Below, one piece after another: positions 61,201 to 64,000 of a stretch of 64,000 nt of DNA (position 1 is the first letter of the stretch; every line of letters starts with the position of its first letter). Location of the stretch: positions 20,770,001 to 20,834,000 of the forward strand of contig CM114271.1 of NCBI GenBank assembly GCA_050084515.1. Reading direction: 5' to 3'. Made by a program: the position numbers and the translations under genes. The notes beneath the pieces were generated by a model, which was not told the DNA's origin, did no database searches, and saw only the letters and a list, made by a program, of their open reading frames with translations. The DNA is from Blasia pusilla (taxonomy: Eukaryota).

Positions 61201-64000
61201 TCTCAAGACTGTGGTCGTCGATGGCATGTGTTCCTCCTTGCGACTTAATGCATCCGGAATCACATTATCTTTACTCGGCTTGTGAATCAACTCAACATCC
61301 ATCAACGCCAAGGTATCATGCCATCGCAGCTTGTTTCGGTGTCACTCGATCCTGGGTCTCAAAATACTTGAGTGATATATTATCGGTGAATACTCGAGTC
61401 CTGTGGAGCCCTAGATAATGCCGCCACTTCCTCAAGCAATGTACCACCGCGAACAACTCTTTCTCGTGAGTAGGCCATCTCCTTTCAGTATCGCTAAGCC
61501 TCTTGCTCTCATATGCCACCGGTCTTCCTTCTTGCACAAACATTCTTGCAACCGCGAAATCACTAGCATCGGTATGCACCTCGAACGGTTTGTCAAATTC
61601 GCTGACTTCAACACCGGTTCTCGCGATAGAATTTGCTTCACTCGGTTGAATGCCTCATTTACTTCCTGGGTCCAAGTCGTGTTGGAAAACTTTGCTGTCC
61701 AATCCGTGAGAGGTCTAACAATTCCCGAAAAGTTTTTCACATAAGTACGATAAAACTGCACCGCACCTATGAACCTCCTCATCCCCTTTACAGTGGATGT
61801 GGGTTCCCACTCGGAAATCGCCGTCACCTTCTCCATGTCTAGACTGACGCCATCTAAACTCACCACGTGACCCAAGAATTTGATCTTACTCAAACCAAAT
61901 TCGCTCTTCTCTACATTCGCATACAGCTGATTTTCCCTTAGCTTAGACAAGACCGCTCTTACATGTCAAACGTGCTCCTCTAGTGACTTCGAATAGATAA
62001 GTATGTCATCGATATAGATGATAACATACTCATCCATTTCCTTGTGAAAAATGGAGTTCATCAATGTGGTGAACGCCGGAGGCGCGTTACATAGACCAAA
62101 AGGCATCACTACAAACTCAAAGGAACCGTATCTCAAATCCCCGCACGCAATCTTCTCCACATCCGCCGGCGCAATCCGCAATCCGACCGTAATATCCTAA
62201 CTTTAAGTCAATCCTACTGAAATATCTCGCGCCTGCTAGCCTATCAAAGAGATCATCTATCCTCGGAAGAGGATTATTGTTCCGAACCGTCACTTTGTTC
62301 AATGCACGGTAATCAACACACAGCCTCATCTTTCCATCCTTCTTCTTTACAAAGAGAACAGGTGCTCCATAAGGTGACTTGCTAGTCCTAATGTAACCCT
62401 TTTCCAAAAGCTCACTTAGCTGCTTTTTGAACTCAAGAAGTTCCTCCTGATTCAACCTATATGGTGCTTTTGAAGGCGGTTGGGAACCGGGTATGATCTC
62501 TATCTTATGATCTACGGCTCTATGCGGCGGAAATTCAGTCGGAAGCTCGTTTGTCAAGACATCCTCAAACTCCTTGACCACTTCCTGGAGTGGTTCTGGG
62601 ACTTCCTTCACAGCAGTGTCGTGATCTCTGCGTATTCTGCTTGTAGCCTCCTCCACTTGTCTCATCAAGCAGAGAAATCCATCCTCCAACTCGCCATGCT
62701 CCTCCCAGATCGAGTTCACTAACTCCATTTTCGCTGAACCTCACGGACCAACCGCACTCAGAACCGTTTGTTTTTAGCAAGACGCTCAACCTCAAGGGTC
62801 TACGTCTTAACCCCACCTCATACGCATCTAGGAATGTATTCCCCAAAAATCCGTCATTGCCATCCATTTCGCACACAGTGAAATTCTCCTTCAACTCGAA
62901 TACCCCGATCCCATTGTCAAACCCAAGACCAAATCGAAGTCCGATGAGACTTGCCTCAAATCCTACTCAAATGGGCTCGTCCGCCTTAGAGGTAGATGCC
63001 CAGCCTTCCTTCACGATTTCGGCTTAGGAAGGAGGCGAAGCACCTGTATCCACGAGCAACAACACATCGCGATCAGCAATCTTGGATCTTAGGTACACCA
63101 AATTGTGCGCCCTCTTGGTGAATTGAAGGGACGTCTGAGATCGCCAATGATGCTTAGCAAAGCAAAGGCAATCATACTCCCATTACTAACCTTGGTTTGA
63201 ACACCCTTTCGAAAGGTGCCTTGCCACGCTTGTAGCATACGACCTTGCCGTTCCTCGACTTTGAGTGTTGTCCTCCTTTCGGCCGCATGAAGTTCCACTC
63301 GCTTTGCCGGGCGCATTTACTCTCCTGGTTCGTCTTGGCCCCACCCCAGCCTCTTTTGAACGCCTCCTTATTTTTCGACTTCTTCAAAAACTTTTGGCTC
63401 GAAGGGTTTCGGTTTGGACCTCATCGTCTAATCCGCCCGCTTAGCTTCGTGGAAGGTCCGCTTTGGTCTCTCTGGCAACGCCAAGATTCGATAAAGGGCC
63501 TTTTCAGCCGCCGGGCTTGAGTCCACTAATGAAGATAGCCTTCTTTGCGTGCTCATCCATCTTTGGACAAGAAGTCGGGCCGACTAAACTCCCTCACATA
63601 CGCACTTAAGGAACCATCCGATCCGACGCATTCCACCGTGTCGCGAACCCTTGGTACTCCGGAGTGAACCGATCCCCAATCAACTCCTTGAACTCCTCCC
63701 AACTCAGAGGTGACTCGCCGCCCAGATATTCCTCTCGTTGAGTTGTCCACCATTGTAGAGCATGATCCTTCAGAAGAGTAACGGCTACCGTCACCTTGTC
63801 GCTCGCCAGCCCTCCCTCGGCATGGGCCTGATTCGAGCCTGTGAAGGAAATCCTTCACTTTCATGAGCGCCCACTCCAGTTGAATGGCGGGCAGGTGTAA
63901 ATCTTCTTGCAGAGCTTTTTGCCCGCACCGGTTTCGAGTGGCCTCTAACTCGCAATCCGCTTGCTTTGTGGGACATCCGCTCCACCAACACCTTCAACAA
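58212..64000 (-). mobile_element. Second chromovirus of the same family (5' part beyond window)
   Basis: 3' LTR 59217-58212 preceded by PPT AAAAGAGGGGTGAG; chromodomain EFEVETILRSR..YEYLVKWKGY..ATWI (59909-60090); INT, RNase H, RT (YIDD), protease and gag fragments colinear with 44039-50387. Confidence 0.95.

Overview
Eukaryotic, repeat-dominated plant genomic DNA. The TE types present suggest a non-seed land plant such as a bryophyte or lycophyte (inference). The only confidently identifiable host gene is an intronless oleosin (6448-6936, +). The rest is mostly nested transposons: two CACTA elements, two Ty3/Gypsy chromoviruses with related LTR relics, a truncated Copia, a CRE-like non-LTR fragment and a hAT-type MITE family with 8-bp TSDs. 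The most unusual object is a decayed Gypsy element at 19662-27872. It carries remnants of a C5 DNA methyltransferase upstream of RT and a PHD finger after the integrase. Its repeats are split direct repeats (A1 - internal - B1 - AC - A2 - B2) rather than ordinary LTRs, yet it has a DDE integrase and a 4-bp TSD. A putative self-priming PBS sits right after A1 and a PPT right before B1, so the reverse-transcription LTR would be B+A and the integrated form would be a circular permutation opened at an internal GACA-AC-TGTC site. Two more family members (1-1816, and a solo A-B unit at 30125-30765) show the same breakpoints. The window also has many perfect hairpins, including an interleaved double inverted repeat at 15103-15196. 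All domain calls are by-eye motif recognition, not database searches.
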